A DNA stretch of 63,427 nt, counting the filler, from an uncultured archaeon (GTDB taxonomy: Archaea; Iainarchaeota; Iainarchaeia; Iainarchaeales; 1-14-0-10-31-34), in the NCBI GenBank assembly GCA_964442255.1. It is 3 parts of 3 records of this genome, joined end to end, with 100 filler letters (N's around TTAATTAATTAA, not from the genome) between each part and the next. Parts side by side here need not be neighbours in the genome. Positions count along the whole stretch, not along the records: positions 1 to 27,888 come from CAYTYC010000017.1; 2 more parts are not named here. One strand, given 5' to 3'. Shown here piece after piece: positions 10,242 to 20,477 of the stretch. Numbering within the stretch: the first letter of the stretch is position 1; the number at the start of each line of letters is the position of its first letter. The notes beneath the pieces are model-generated. The model was given only the letters and a program-made list of their open reading frames with translations, was not told the DNA's origin and did not search any database. A program made the position numbers and the translations under genes.

Positions 10242-10513
10242 TTCTCTTGGCTTACAGACTGGAAGTAAGGAAGCACGTGGAAAAAATATTTGAAAAAATA
10301 GCGAAAAAAGACCCTGCACAGGAAAAAGCCGTAAAGAAAAAAATAAGGCAAATCCTTGAAGACCCTTACCGGTTCAAGCCCTTAAGGAAACCACTGGAAG
10401 GCAAAAGAAGAGTGCACACATTCGGGCCGTTTGTGCTTGTCTACTCGGTTAGAGAACTGGAAAAAACCGTGATACTGGAAGACTATGACCACCACGACAA
10501 CATTTACAGGTAA
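10238..10513 (+). CDS. RelE/ParE family toxin
   Basis: PYRFKPLRKPLEGKRRVH..FVLVY..DHHDNIY. Confidence 0.85.
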   Translation: MILLAYRLEVRKHVEKIFEKIAKKDPAQEKAVKKKIRQILEDPYRFKPLRKPLEGKRRVHTFGPFVLVYSVRELEKTVILEDYDHHDNIYR

Positions 10514-10560
10514 GCCAGACCGCAACATTTAACTATTTCTATTTTCTTATAAATACGCTT

Positions 10561-13224
10561 ATGGCAGACAAAAACCTGCTTCGGAAACGCTTTTCCGGGG
10601 ACTGGAAAAAGCACTACAAAACCGAGTTTCTGGTGAAAAAAGGCTTTACAAGGAAAAAGTGCGCGAGCTGCGGAAAATTCTTCTGGGCACTGGATTCCGA
10701 AAGAAAAAAGTGCGCGGATTCAGGTTGCGTGGGATACGAATTCATCGGGAAAAGCACGAAAAAACTGGATTACGTAAGCACATGGGAGGAAATTGAAAAA
10801 TACTTTAAGCGCACAGGGCACGGCTCAATAAAACGCTATCCGACTGTGTGCAGGTGGAGGGATGATTTATACTTTACAAATGCCTCCATTATCGACTTCC
10901 AGCCATACGTGGTTAACGGCGAGGTGGAACCTCCCGCAAACCCGCTGATTGTTCCGCAGGCATGCATAAGGTTTGGGGACATAGGAAATGTCGGGGTGAC
11001 GGGAGCGCATTACACTTCCTTCATAATGTTCGGCCAGCACGCATTCAACTCCAGGAAAACCGGAAACTTTTACTGGAAAAACGAGGCATTAGAGCATGAT
11101 TTTAATTATTTAACCAAAGTGATTGGGGTGAAGAAAGAGGACTTGGTTTTTCTGGAAGATGTTTGGGCAGGCGGCGGAAGCTTTGGCCCGAGTTTAGAGT
11201 ATTTATCCAAGGGGCTTGAGCTGGGAAACTGCGTGTTCATGCAGTTTGAGGAGCTTGAAAAAGGCAGGCACAGGGAACTGAAAACAAAGGTAATAGACAT
11301 GGGCGCGGGTTTAGAAAGGTTAGCTTGGTACACGAACGGAACCCCCACATCCTACGACATCACTTTCAGGGAAGTTCTTGGAAAACTCAAGAAAGACACC
11401 GGCGTAAAGGTTGAACAGAAACTGTTCACGGAATACGCAAGGCTTGCCGGCGGAATGAATCTGGATGAAGTGAAAAGCCTTGGAAAAGAAAAACAGATTA
11501 TCTCAAAAAAGCTTGGAGTGGAATGGGATGAACTGCAAAAACAGCTTGCGCCGATGCAGGCTTTGTACGCAGCCGCAGACCACCTGAAAACCGTTTTGTA
11601 CGCCGTGACAGACGGAATGCTTCCCTCAAACTCCGCTGGCGGCTATAATTTAAGGATGATTTTGCGCAGGGTTTTTGGGTTTGAAGAGGAATTCGGATGG
11701 AAACTTGATTTGCGTTCCGTGAATGAAACCCATGCACGAAGCCTGAAAAGGCTGGACTCCCTGCTTGGGGAAAGCGTTGGCACAGCAAACGAGATTCTTG
11801 GAGAAGAAAAGAAAAAGTTCCGCTCCAGCCTGGAAAGGGGAAAGAAAAAGGTTGATGCAATGGCAGGGAAAGAAAGGATTGGGGCGAAAGAATTGAGAGT
11901 ATTGTATGAGTCGGACGGAATTCCCGCCGAAACAGTGAAAGAAATCGCGGAAAAAAAGGGCGTAAAGGTTGAAATTCCGGAAAACTTTTACGCAAATATT
12001 GCGAAGAAAAACGAGGTAAAAGAGGCAAAATTAAAGGTTTTGAAAAAGCCCTACCCGCAAACAAAGGCACTGTTCCATGAAATGCCTTACGTGGACGAAT
12101 TCACTGCAAAGGTTTTGGGCGTTGAAGGAAACTCCGTTGTCCTGGACAGGACGCTTTTCTATGCGGAAAGCGGCGGGCAAATGCCTGACTTGGGGCAATT
12201 GAACGGAGTGGAAGTTGTTGACGTGGAAAAAGCCGGTGGAGTTGTTCTCCACGAAGTGAAGGCGCCAAGAAAATTCAGGAAAGGATTGAAGGTTTTCGGG
12301 AAAATTGACTGGGTCAGGAGGCATGATTTGATGCGCCACCATACCGCCACGCATTTGTTGAATGCGGCTGCAAGGGAATTGTTCGGAAACCATGTGTGGC
12401 AGGCGGGGGCGGAAAAAAGGCCTGACTCGGCCCACATTGACTTGACGCACTTCAAAAGAATTTCAGGCCAAGAAATTGAAAAGCTTGAACTGCTGGTAAA
12501 CAAAATGATTCAGGACAATCTAGGGGTAAGGGGCTTTTTTATGGACAGGGGCAAAGCCGAGCAAAAATTCGGTTTCAGGATTTACCAGGGCGGCTTTGTC
12601 CCCGGAAAAGAGCTCAGGATAATTGAAGTCAAAGGAGTTGACGTGCAGGCCTGCGGGGGAACGCACCTCAAAAGCACGGGGGAAACAGGCTTCTTCAAGA
12701 TAGTGAAAAGGGAAAGCGTAAAGGACGGGGTGGAACGGATTTACTTCAAGACAGGCGTGCATGCGCTGCAGCTTGCCCAGAAAACTGAACAGGTGCTGAG
12801 GGACAGCGCAGGAATTTTATGTGTTCCCGAGGCGCAGCTCACTGAATCAACGCAGCGTTTCTTCAACGAATGGAAGAGCTTAAGAAAACAGCTCAAGCAA
12901 AAGCAGAGGGAACTTATTTCTTTTTATTCGGAAAAGCTCACGGAAAAAGAGCGGGGCGGAAAAATCAAGGCATTCATTGAGGGAATGGATGGAAACGAGT
13001 TGATTGAGCTTGGAAACAGGCTGCTTTGCAAAAACCACGGCCTTTGCGCTGTGCTCGGTTCGGGAGAGGAAATTGTTGTTGTGAGCGGAAAAGATTCAGG
13101 CAAAAACGCGCAACACATCCTGGACGAAATTTTGAGGAAATGCGGCGGGGTAGGCGGCGGAAAGGAAAGGCTTGCAAGGGGAAAAGTGAAGAACACGGAA
13201 GCGCTGAAAAACCTTTTGGATTAA
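10561..13224 (+). CDS. alaS: Alanyl-tRNA synthetase (archaeal type)
   Basis: RWRDDLYFTNASI, IDMGAGLERL, HHTATH and CGGTH editing motifs, C-terminal GGG. Confidence 0.97.
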   Translation: MADKNLLRKRFSGDWKKHYKTEFLVKKGFTRKKCASCGKFFWALDSERKKCADSGCVGYEFIGKSTKKLDYVSTWEEIEKYFKRTGHGSIKRYPTVCRWRDDLYFTNASIIDFQPYVVNGEVEPPANPLIVPQACIRFGDIGNVGVTGAHYTSFIMFGQHAFNSRKTGNFYWKNEALEHDFNYLTKVIGVKKEDLVFLEDVWAGGGSFGPSLEYLSKGLELGNCVFMQFEELEKGRHRELKTKVIDMGAGLERLAWYTNGTPTSYDITFREVLGKLKKDTGVKVEQKLFTEYARLAGGMNLDEVKSLGKEKQIISKKLGVEWDELQKQLAPMQALYAAADHLKTVLYAVTDGMLPSNSAGGYNLRMILRRVFGFEEEFGWKLDLRSVNETHARSLKRLDSLLGESVGTANEILGEEKKKFRSSLERGKKKVDAMAGKERIGAKELRVLYESDGIPAETVKEIAEKKGVKVEIPENFYANIAKKNEVKEAKLKVLKKPYPQTKALFHEMPYVDEFTAKVLGVEGNSVVLDRTLFYAESGGQMPDLGQLNGVEVVDVEKAGGVVLHEVKAPRKFRKGLKVFGKIDWVRRHDLMRHHTATHLLNAAARELFGNHVWQAGAEKRPDSAHIDLTHFKRISGQEIEKLELLVNKMIQDNLGVRGFFMDRGKAEQKFGFRIYQGGFVPGKELRIIEVKGVDVQACGGTHLKSTGETGFFKIVKRESVKDGVERIYFKTGVHALQLAQKTEQVLRDSAGILCVPEAQLTESTQRFFNEWKSLRKQLKQKQRELISFYSEKLTEKERGGKIKAFIEGMDGNELIELGNRLLCKNHGLCAVLGSGEEIVVVSGKDSGKNAQHILDEILRKCGGVGGGKERLARGKVKNTEALKNLLD

Positions 13225-14918
13225 ATGTAATTCGCGTTTGCCTCTGAAACATCCGCCACTTTTTTCAGGTCTTTAACCATTTTGTCCAGCTCTGCGGACG
13301 AATGGCCGTCAACCACCAATACTGCTTTCACTAACCTGTTTGGGGTTGGGGGCTTCACGTCAACTGAATGAATGTTGAAGTTGTGCTTTGCAAGCACCTT
13401 TGTGATGTCCCTGAGCATTCCAATCCTGTTTTTCATTAAAACCGAAAGGTTAACCAGCCCGCCTTCGCTTACTTTTGGGGACTCCTTTTTCCCAAGCGCC
13501 TTTTTTATCCCGGAAATCGCCTCATAGCTTTTGGCGTGCTTCAGCCAATCCGGTTCCACGGTGCGCTTTTTTAATGGAATCAATTCCACTATGTCGCCGG
13601 ACTTCATGGCATGGTTTAATGGAACGGATTTTCCGTTGACAACCGCTTTTGCAAGCTTTTCGCCCATTGCCTCCGAAATCTCAAATGCAAGGTCTATGGG
13701 CGTTGATTCCCGCGGCAGTTCATACATTTTTCCTTTCAGGGTGAAAACGTAAATTTGTTCCTTCAAGAAATCCTCCCTGAGCACGCGGACAAATTCCTCT
13801 GTTTTAAGCGGCTTGCGCTGTGCCGAAAGAATCTGGTTTAAAAGGGAAATTTTCAACCGCTTGTCCCTGCTTTCCCTGGAAAGAAGCGCAAGCACCCCGT
13901 TTTCAGCCAGCTCATGCATTTTTTTTGAGCGAATGTAAATCTTCAGTGCCTTTCCTTTGGGGCCCATTACGCTTGTGTGGATTGACTGGTAAAAATTGGG
14001 GTAAGGGGCAGCAATGTAGTCCTTAAGCTTCAGGGGAATGGGCGTGAAAAGGTTGTGGATTTCACCGAGAACCCCATAGCATTCCGCCATGTTTTCCGTC
14101 AAAATTATCATTATTTTGTAATCATAAATTTCATCCGGTGTCTTCAGTTCCCTTGAAAGCTTGTAAAAAATGGTGTAATAAGTTTTTTCGCGGATAATGA
14201 ATTCAACTTTTTTCCTTTTCTTTGAAAGGGCTTTGAGAAGGGTTTTTTTCAGTGCGACGAGCTCTTCATGCTTTTTTCTTCTTTCCTCGTCAATTTTTGG
14301 GCGCCATCTTTTTGCTTCAGCCGGAAACGCAAAAGGAAAACAAAACTCCTTCAAGGTTCGCTCAAGGGATTTTATCCCCAAATGGTGCGCTATGGGGACG
14401 TAAATTTCAAGAGCCTCCCTTGCGTTCTCCATTTGCTTTTTTTTTGAAAGCGCCTTCAGGGTTTTAATGTTGTGGAGGGTGTCTGAAAGCTTTATGAGAA
14501 TAACCCGGATGTCTTTTGAGGAAGCCAACAGCATTCTCTGAAGGGCTTCCGATTTTGTCCCCGCCCCTGATTCCCCCACCATTTGGTCGAGCCTTGTAAG
14601 GCTTTTCACTATTTCGGAAACCTCTTTCCCGAATTCTTTCCTCAAAACCTTTGGCTCAAGCTGCGTGTCTTCCAAAACGTCATGCAAAAGCGCGGCTGAA
14701 ATTGTCGGCGAACCCAACCCAAATTTCGCGAGATACATTGCGGCACTGTAAGGGTGGACAAAAAATTTTTCACCGCTTTTCCTGAACTGGTCTTCGTGGG
14801 CTTTAAAAGAGAACTCGAACGCCTTTTCAACCAGCGAAGTGTCCCTTTTTGGGCCGAATTTTTTTATTTCCCTGAGAAGCGCCTTTAATGCCTTCTTTTT
14901 GTTGAACCGAACCCCCAT
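13221..14918 (-). CDS. Long RelA/SpoT homologue (HD hydrolase, degenerate synthetase, TGS, ACT)
   Basis: RKSGE..HP, LLHDVLEDT, KDYIAAP..YQSIHT, IYVFT..ELP..STPIDLA, NRIGMLRDIT. Confidence 0.9.
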   Translation of the reverse strand: MGVRFNKKKALKALLREIKKFGPKRDTSLVEKAFEFSFKAHEDQFRKSGEKFFVHPYSAAMYLAKFGLGSPTISAALLHDVLEDTQLEPKVLRKEFGKEVSEIVKSLTRLDQMVGESGAGTKSEALQRMLLASSKDIRVILIKLSDTLHNIKTLKALSKKKQMENAREALEIYVPIAHHLGIKSLERTLKEFCFPFAFPAEAKRWRPKIDEERRKKHEELVALKKTLLKALSKKRKKVEFIIREKTYYTIFYKLSRELKTPDEIYDYKIMIILTENMAECYGVLGEIHNLFTPIPLKLKDYIAAPYPNFYQSIHTSVMGPKGKALKIYIRSKKMHELAENGVLALLSRESRDKRLKISLLNQILSAQRKPLKTEEFVRVLREDFLKEQIYVFTLKGKMYELPRESTPIDLAFEISEAMGEKLAKAVVNGKSVPLNHAMKSGDIVELIPLKKRTVEPDWLKHAKSYEAISGIKKALGKKESPKVSEGGLVNLSVLMKNRIGMLRDITKVLAKHNFNIHSVDVKPPTPNRLVKAVLVVDGHSSAELDKMVKDLKKVADVSEANANYI

Positions 14919-14944
14919 ATTCGTATATAGAACCCAAAAAGAAA

Positions 14945-15044
14945 TAAAAGGATTTACATTCGCTCAGGCTAAAAGGATTTACATTCGCTCAGGCTAAAAG
15001 GATTTACATTCGCTCAGGCTAAAAGGATTTACATTCGCTCAGGC
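14945..15044. repeat. 25-bp tandem repeat x4 covering the argS stop codon
   Basis: TAAAAGGATTTACATTCGCTCAGGC, four exact copies. Confidence 0.95.
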
Positions 15045-16732
15045 GCCCCGATATTCAGGAGCCCAAGGCAGTTGCCCATCACCGTTTTAAATGCCTTAAC
15101 CAGCTCAATTCTTGCCCTTGCCGCTTCCTCTTCCGCGTTTAAAACCGGAACGTCCCTGTAAAAGGCGTTGAAAGCCGAAGCAAGCTCCAATGAAAAGTGC
15201 ACAAGCCTGTGAAGGCTGCGTGAAGAAAGGCTTTCCTCCACCTCCTTTGGGTAGCGCACCATAAGTGAAAGCAGCCTTTTCTCGGTTTCATGGTTAAGGG
15301 CAGAAAAATCCGGCTTTTTTTGCTTTTTCTTTGACTTCCTTAAAATGCTGGCCGCCCTTGCAAAAGAGTACTGCACGTGGGGAGCGGTTTCGCCGTCAAA
15401 TGAAACCGATTCCATGGGATTGAATTGAATGTCCTTGAACGGGTCAACCTTAAGGAGCTGGAACTTTATTGCCCCAAGTCCTATCAGTTCCGCGCGCTTT
15501 TGCAGCTCTTTTTTCGGGATTTTTTTGTGCCTTTCCAGTATTTCCTTTTTTGCCAACTCAATGGTTTCATCCATCAATTCATCGGCCTCCACCACTTTTC
15601 CCTCCCTTGACTTCATTTTTCCTTCCGGAAGGTTGACCATCCCGTATGAAAGGTGTTCGCAGTTTTCCGCCCAATTGTATCCAAGCAAGTCAAAGATTTT
15701 GAACAACTGCTTGAAATAAAATTTTTGTTCACTGCCCACAACCCAAACCGCTTTATTCAATTTGAATCTTTTGAATTTTTCCAGAGTCAGGGCCAAATCG
15801 TTTGTGATGTAAATGGATGTCCCGTCTTCCCTGACAACCACTTTTTTTCCCAGGCCCTCTTTTTCCAGGTCCGCGACAATCGCCCCACTGGAAGTTTTAT
15901 TGAAAACCTTTTTTTTGAGTGCCTCCCTTATTATTGGCTCTGATTTCCCGTAAAAATCCGATTCCCTGAATTCAACGTCAAACCTTGAGCCAAACCGTTT
16001 ATAGGTTTCCCTGAAACCCTTTATTGCCCATGAATCCATTTTTTTCCACAAAGCAAGGGTTTTTTTGTCGCCTTTTTCCCAAAGCGCGAGAAGCCTTTGC
16101 GCCTGGATTTCAAGGGAAGGGTCTTCTTTGGATTTTTCATTGAATTTCACGTAAAAATCGCCCACAAAGTGGTCTGGCTTTCCTTTCGGCTTTTTTCCTT
16201 TCCCCCAAAGCAGGTAGGCAAGCATGGACTTTGAAATGTGGATTCCGCGGTTTGAGTAAAGGTTTGCCCGCACTACACTAACGCCGTTTGCCTCAAACAA
16301 ATTGGATAAAGCCATTCCGATTGAATCATTCCTCAAATGCCCCAGGTGCAGGGGCTTGTTTGTGTTGGGGGCCGAGTATTCCACCATTACCTTGCTTTTT
16401 TTTCCTTCCCTGTTTTGCCCGAATTTTTCTTTTTCTTTCAGTATTTTCGGCAAAAGCCGTGAAGCAATCCGGGAATAATTTAGGCGAAAGTTCAGGTAAG
16501 GCCCAACTGCAGAGGCTTTTTCAATCAGTTCCGGCGCCAAAATTTTTCCGCTGAGCTTTTGCGCTATTTCGTTCGGGTTTTTTTTCCATTTTCCGGCAAG
16601 AAGGTGGCAGGGAAAAGCGTAGTCCCCAAGCCTGGAGTCGGGGGGAACCTCAATCATTGATTGAATCTTTTCTTTAGGCAAATCCTTTTCAGAAATGGCT
16701 TCATTCAACAGCACCGCAATTTTTTCCTTCAT
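15029..16732 (-). CDS. argS: Arginyl-tRNA synthetase
   Basis: EYSAPNTNKPLHLGHLRN, KMKSREG, QYSFARAASI, C-terminal PERM. Confidence 0.97.
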   Translation of the reverse strand: MKEKIAVLLNEAISEKDLPKEKIQSMIEVPPDSRLGDYAFPCHLLAGKWKKNPNEIAQKLSGKILAPELIEKASAVGPYLNFRLNYSRIASRLLPKILKEKEKFGQNREGKKSKVMVEYSAPNTNKPLHLGHLRNDSIGMALSNLFEANGVSVVRANLYSNRGIHISKSMLAYLLWGKGKKPKGKPDHFVGDFYVKFNEKSKEDPSLEIQAQRLLALWEKGDKKTLALWKKMDSWAIKGFRETYKRFGSRFDVEFRESDFYGKSEPIIREALKKKVFNKTSSGAIVADLEKEGLGKKVVVREDGTSIYITNDLALTLEKFKRFKLNKAVWVVGSEQKFYFKQLFKIFDLLGYNWAENCEHLSYGMVNLPEGKMKSREGKVVEADELMDETIELAKKEILERHKKIPKKELQKRAELIGLGAIKFQLLKVDPFKDIQFNPMESVSFDGETAPHVQYSFARAASILRKSKKKQKKPDFSALNHETEKRLLSLMVRYPKEVEESLSSRSLHRLVHFSLELASAFNAFYRDVPVLNAEEEAARARIELVKAFKTVMGNCLGLLNIGAPERM

Positions 16733-16809
16733 TTTTTCTCAGCCAATTCAAATCTTGCATAAAAGTTTTGACCAAAAAACCTCAAAAACCCACCGAATCC
16801 CTTATTTAA

Positions 16810-16953
16810 CGGACCCGAAAGTATTCGAACAGCCTTTTAAAAAAAAAGCTGGCCAAAATGCCGAATCCCTTTCCTTTTTAACGGACCCGAAAGTATTCGA
16901 ACAGCCTTTTAAAAAAAAAGCTGGCCAAAATGCCGAATCCCTTTCCTTTTTAA
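16810..16953 (-). repeat. Two 72-bp units downstream of tRNA-Arg, each with a copy of the tRNA 3' end plus a hairpin
   Basis: CGGACCCG...ATTCGAAC at 16810, 16882 and 16954 (period 72); degenerate extra unit at about 16745-16809. Confidence 0.9.
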
Positions 16954-17128
16954 CGGACCCGGAGGGATTCGAACCCTCGATCCTCAGCTTTCCTCCAGCG
17001 CATTAAAAAAAAACGCGCAACAAATATTTATAAGGGGTTAACCAAAAAAAAACCCCTTGACGTATCTCGCCGCACGCGGGCAAAACCGCGTTAGAAGGCT
17101 GATGCCTTATCCACTAGGCTACGGGTCC
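16954..17128 (-). tRNA. tRNA-Arg(TCT) with a 102-nt intron at 37/38 (16990-17091)
   Basis: GGACCCG acceptor, TCAGC-CTTCTA^A-GCTGA anticodon arm, CTTC/GAGG central BHB helix. Confidence 0.93.
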
Positions 17129-17186
17129 AATGGAATAGAATTTAGGCGCACTTCATATTTAATATTTTTGCGGACACAGTTTCCGC

Positions 17187-17672
17187 CTATTTTTCCACGT
17201 TAAAGGCTTTAGCGAAAAGGGATTTTTCCCCAAACCTTCCTGCCTTCACGTCAAGCAGCCAGACAAAAAGGTTTTTTCTGTTAAATGTTTTTTCAAAGAA
17301 TTTTGGCCTGCTGTTCTTGTGGAAAACCTTTTTCTTTGGTTTCCTGTAAAATTCAAGGCAGTTGTGCGGCAAAACGAAAACAAACTCGTCCACCTGGTCG
17401 GCGTACAAAAGCTTTTCCTTGAGCTTTCCCTTTGAGGGCCTGCTTAAAACCTCCATTCCCATGAACTTTCCCCCCGCAAGCGCCACCAAAAAATCGAATT
17501 TCCCTTTTTTTCCGTTGCAATACACGGAAGAGTTTTCAAGCAAAACGTCTTTTTCCGGGCAGATGCGAAGAATTTTCAGCTGCTTTCGCATGTGCTGCCT
17601 GTGAAGCTCGTGCAGGGTGTGAAGGTGCATTAAAACTGTTTTGCTTTCACCGGAAGCGGAAATTAATTTCAC
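17187..17672 (-). CDS. Hypothetical protein, possible PD-(D/E)XK fold
   Basis: 161-aa ORF overlapping the tal stop; FDFLV...GMEVL...KL..Y pattern. Confidence 0.55.
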   Translation of the reverse strand: MKLISASGESKTVLMHLHTLHELHRQHMRKQLKILRICPEKDVLLENSSVYCNGKKGKFDFLVALAGGKFMGMEVLSRPSKGKLKEKLLYADQVDEFVFVLPHNCLEFYRKPKKKVFHKNSRPKFFEKTFNRKNLFVWLLDVKAGRFGEKSLFAKAFNVEK

Positions 17673-18319
17673 CTTTTTTTGACTTTTTCCCAGTCCTCTA
17701 AAAATTTTTTTATTCCCTTGTCCGTCAATTCATGTTTCGCGAGCTCCTTCAAAACCTTGAACGGGGCTGTTGCGATGTGCGCCCCGCATTTCGCGGCACG
17801 CAAAACATGCCCCGTATTCCGCACGCTTGCAACTATTACCTCTGTTTTGAAGGGGTAACGGGAAAAAATTTCCATTGTTTCTTCCACCAGTTTCATTCCG
17901 TCTTCATTGATGTCGTCCAGCCTGCCCACAAAAGGGCTTACAAATGTTGCACCGGCTTTTGCCGCCAAAAGCGCCTGGTTTGCGGTGAACACAAGCGTCA
18001 CATTTGTTTTTATTCCCCCTGAATTCAATTGCTTTACCGCCTTCAATCCCTCTGTTGTCATCGGAATTTTTACCGCAACGTTTTTGTGGATTTTCGCCAA
18101 CTCATTTGCCTCTTTAATCATTCCTTCGGCGTCCACTGAAACGGCCTCCAATGAAATGGGTCCGTCCACCAGCGAAAGAATTTCTTCAGCCATTTCCTTG
18201 AAAGATTTTCCCTCCTCTTTCGCCATAAGCGAAGGATTAGTGGTTACGCCGTCAATTATTCCCCATGAAACTGCTTCCCTTATTTCCCCAATGTTCGCGG
18301 AGTCAATGAAAATTTTCAT
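17669..18319 (-). CDS. tal: Transaldolase / fructose-6-phosphate aldolase (type 3B)
   Basis: [39 protein letters not shown]. Confidence 0.95.
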   Translation of the reverse strand: MKIFIDSANIGEIREAVSWGIIDGVTTNPSLMAKEEGKSFKEMAEEILSLVDGPISLEAVSVDAEGMIKEANELAKIHKNVAVKIPMTTEGLKAVKQLNSGGIKTNVTLVFTANQALLAAKAGATFVSPFVGRLDDINEDGMKLVEETMEIFSRYPFKTEVIVASVRNTGHVLRAAKCGAHIATAPFKVLKELAKHELTDKGIKKFLEDWEKVKKR

Positions 18320-18468
18320 TTTTTTGCCCCCTTTTTCTTCAAGCTTTTTTCCGGAAATTCGTTTTCCGTTTTCCCGGATTTCGGCTGGTAGGCGGGATTC
18401 CTTAAAAGAAAGTAAACCGCAACCAAAATAAACACGACCACAATGCCAATTATTATTTCCTTAAGCAT
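18316..18468 (-). CDS. 50-aa single-TM protein (not in the ORF track)
   Basis: [25 protein letters not shown]...; its stop overlaps the tal start (ATGA). Confidence 0.6.
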   Translation of the reverse strand: MLKEIIIGIVVVFILVAVYFLLRNPAYQPKSGKTENEFPEKSLKKKGAKK

Positions 18469-18502
18469 TCCTTCACCAATTCAATTTATTCCCATTATTT
18501 TT

Positions 18503-18973
18503 TTAACCCAAACCCTTTTTTTTGCTTATTTCTTCCGCGAATTCATGCGCTGAAACAAGCCTTTTTTCGCTCAGGCTTAAAATGCTTTTGAATACTCGTG
18601 AACCGAGAACAGTTCCCCCGCGCGAGGAAATGTGCGAGGAAAGCTTTTTCACGGTTTTTCCCGGAAAACCCATTCCAGTCACAAACAGCGCCACCTCTTT
18701 TCCTTCAAGCGAGCATTCCTTCAGGTATTCCCTTATTGCCCTGCTTGGGCGGAGGTTCCGCGTCGGGGTTCCCAAAAACACCAAATCAAAGTAATTAAAG
18801 TTTGTGATGGTGTTGTTCAATGAAAGCCTTTTTCTCCTGAACCTGGACTGCCTCAAGGTTTTCAGCCTCTGCATCGTCACTTCCGCCTTTTTTTCCCTGA
18901 AAACCGAGGCAATTGCTTCAGCCACCGCCTCAGTGTTGCCTGTGTGCGAGTAATAGCTTATCAGCACCCTCAT
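18503..18973 (-). CDS. Flavodoxin-like protein
   Basis: YYSHTGNTEAVAEAI, DLVFLGTP, VALFVT. Confidence 0.85.
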   Translation of the reverse strand: MRVLISYYSHTGNTEAVAEAIASVFREKKAEVTMQRLKTLRQSRFRRKRLSLNNTITNFNYFDLVFLGTPTRNLRPSRAIREYLKECSLEGKEVALFVTGMGFPGKTVKKLSSHISSRGGTVLGSRVFKSILSLSEKRLVSAHEFAEEISKKKGLG

Positions 18974-19070
18974 TTTTTTTTCCCCACAAATTATTCATTG
19001 AACGGAAATAAAAAGCTTTCAGGAGCGCAAGGCTTAAATACCTCAAAGCATTTAATTTAATGGATTTAAA

Positions 19071-20150
19071 ATGAGGAACGCCTTTATCCTGCTTTTTGCC
19101 CTGATTTTGGCGCAGGGCGCAAGCGCATTTGAGGTTTCTGCGCCTTCGGAAATCATGCCCGGAAGCAACTGGAGCGTTTGGGTTAAACTGGATGCAACAA
19201 ACGCCTTCACGGAAACAATTTTAATTTTGGACGGGGAGGAAACCGTTTCAGTCAAGCCCAGCGGAGACATTTTAACGAAAAGCAAAAAAGTTTCCAGCGC
19301 GTTTGTGACGGATGAAGACCCTGAAAGCTTGGGCGGATTGACGCTTTACGTTTCATTTATCGGCTTAACAGGGGGAAGCCACACACTACGGGTTGAATCC
19401 TTTCACCAGGGAAACTTAACGCAAACAGAAACCCGGGGCATTACTGCAACCCAGTTTTCCCAAAAAAGCTTTGAAGAGCAAATCACTTCCCGCGTGAACG
19501 GCCTGGAAGAGCAAAAGAATTCCCTTGACTCCAAGGTTTCCGGAATTGAGGAAAAAGTGAAGGAAGTTTCCTTGCTGCTGGATGAAAGCTCCTCAAAGGC
19601 AGGCGAAAACAGCGATGAAATTGCCGCGGCAAAACAGTTGCTGGATGAATTGAAAGGCGATTTGCGGGGAGTGAAAGAGTCACTGGACCTGTTTGCGGAG
19701 GAAACTGAAATCCAGAACCTGACGCAGGATTTGGTGAAGCTGAACCAAAGGGTGAATGCCTTAAGCCCGGCGCTTGCGTTAACTGAAACCCCTTCTCACA
19801 ATGCGCTGCCCCCTTCCGGACTGGTTTCCTTGCCTGCGGGCAGCAGGCAGCTTATTGCGTTGATTATTGGAATTGCTTTGATTGTGTTAGGCGCTTACCG
19901 TTTCAGCGGAGGCTTCAATGGTTTCAGCGGATTCCGTGACTTAGGCTTAAGCGGAAGGGGAAAGCAGTTGTTTAAGGCAAGGGAAGGCTTTTCCGCTGAA
20001 AAGGCAGCAAAACCTGTGGGAAAAGGTAAATGGAGTTACGGGGAAGAGGCACTGAATGAACGGGCGCCTGGAACGGAAGGAAAAGAAGTTTTGCGCCGCC
20101 CTCCGGCCAAAAAAAGAAAAATCAATTTCACTGATTTGCTGAAAAAATAG
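19071..20150 (+). CDS. Secreted, membrane-anchored coiled-coil protein
   Basis: Signal peptide, heptad region, PSGL motif before a TM helix, basic tail. Confidence 0.75.
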   Translation: MRNAFILLFALILAQGASAFEVSAPSEIMPGSNWSVWVKLDATNAFTETILILDGEETVSVKPSGDILTKSKKVSSAFVTDEDPESLGGLTLYVSFIGLTGGSHTLRVESFHQGNLTQTETRGITATQFSQKSFEEQITSRVNGLEEQKNSLDSKVSGIEEKVKEVSLLLDESSSKAGENSDEIAAAKQLLDELKGDLRGVKESLDLFAEETEIQNLTQDLVKLNQRVNALSPALALTETPSHNALPPSGLVSLPAGSRQLIALIIGIALIVLGAYRFSGGFNGFSGFRDLGLSGRGKQLFKAREGFSAEKAAKPVGKGKWSYGEEALNERAPGTEGKEVLRRPPAKKRKINFTDLLKK

Positions 20151-20155
20151 CTGTT

Positions 20156-20431
20156 TTGCTTATGGCTTCACTTCAGGAACTTGAGAAAGACTTAGGGAAA
20201 CTTAAAGAACGCAACAAAAACGTGGAGGCAGACAAGGCCTGGGAAACCAGCTGGGCGAGAAAAATAGTTATTTTCCTTTTGACTTATGCGGCAATCACGG
20301 TTTACTTCTCAGCAGTTGGCCTTCCCGACCCTTTTTTGAATTCTTTTGTGCCCGCGCTTGCATTCGTCATCTCCACCCTCACCCTCCCCTACTTCAAGGA
20401 ACTCTGGGCGAAATACTCGTACAAGAAATAA
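20156..20431 (+). CDS. Conserved small membrane protein
   Basis: ERNKNVEADKAWETSWARK followed by two TM helices. Confidence 0.75.
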   Translation: MLMASLQELEKDLGKLKERNKNVEADKAWETSWARKIVIFLLTYAAITVYFSAVGLPDPFLNSFVPALAFVISTLTLPYFKELWAKYSYKK

Positions 20432-20477
20432 CTGCGGGAAAAGCATTAAATATCAGAAAATGCATCTGAATAACTGA

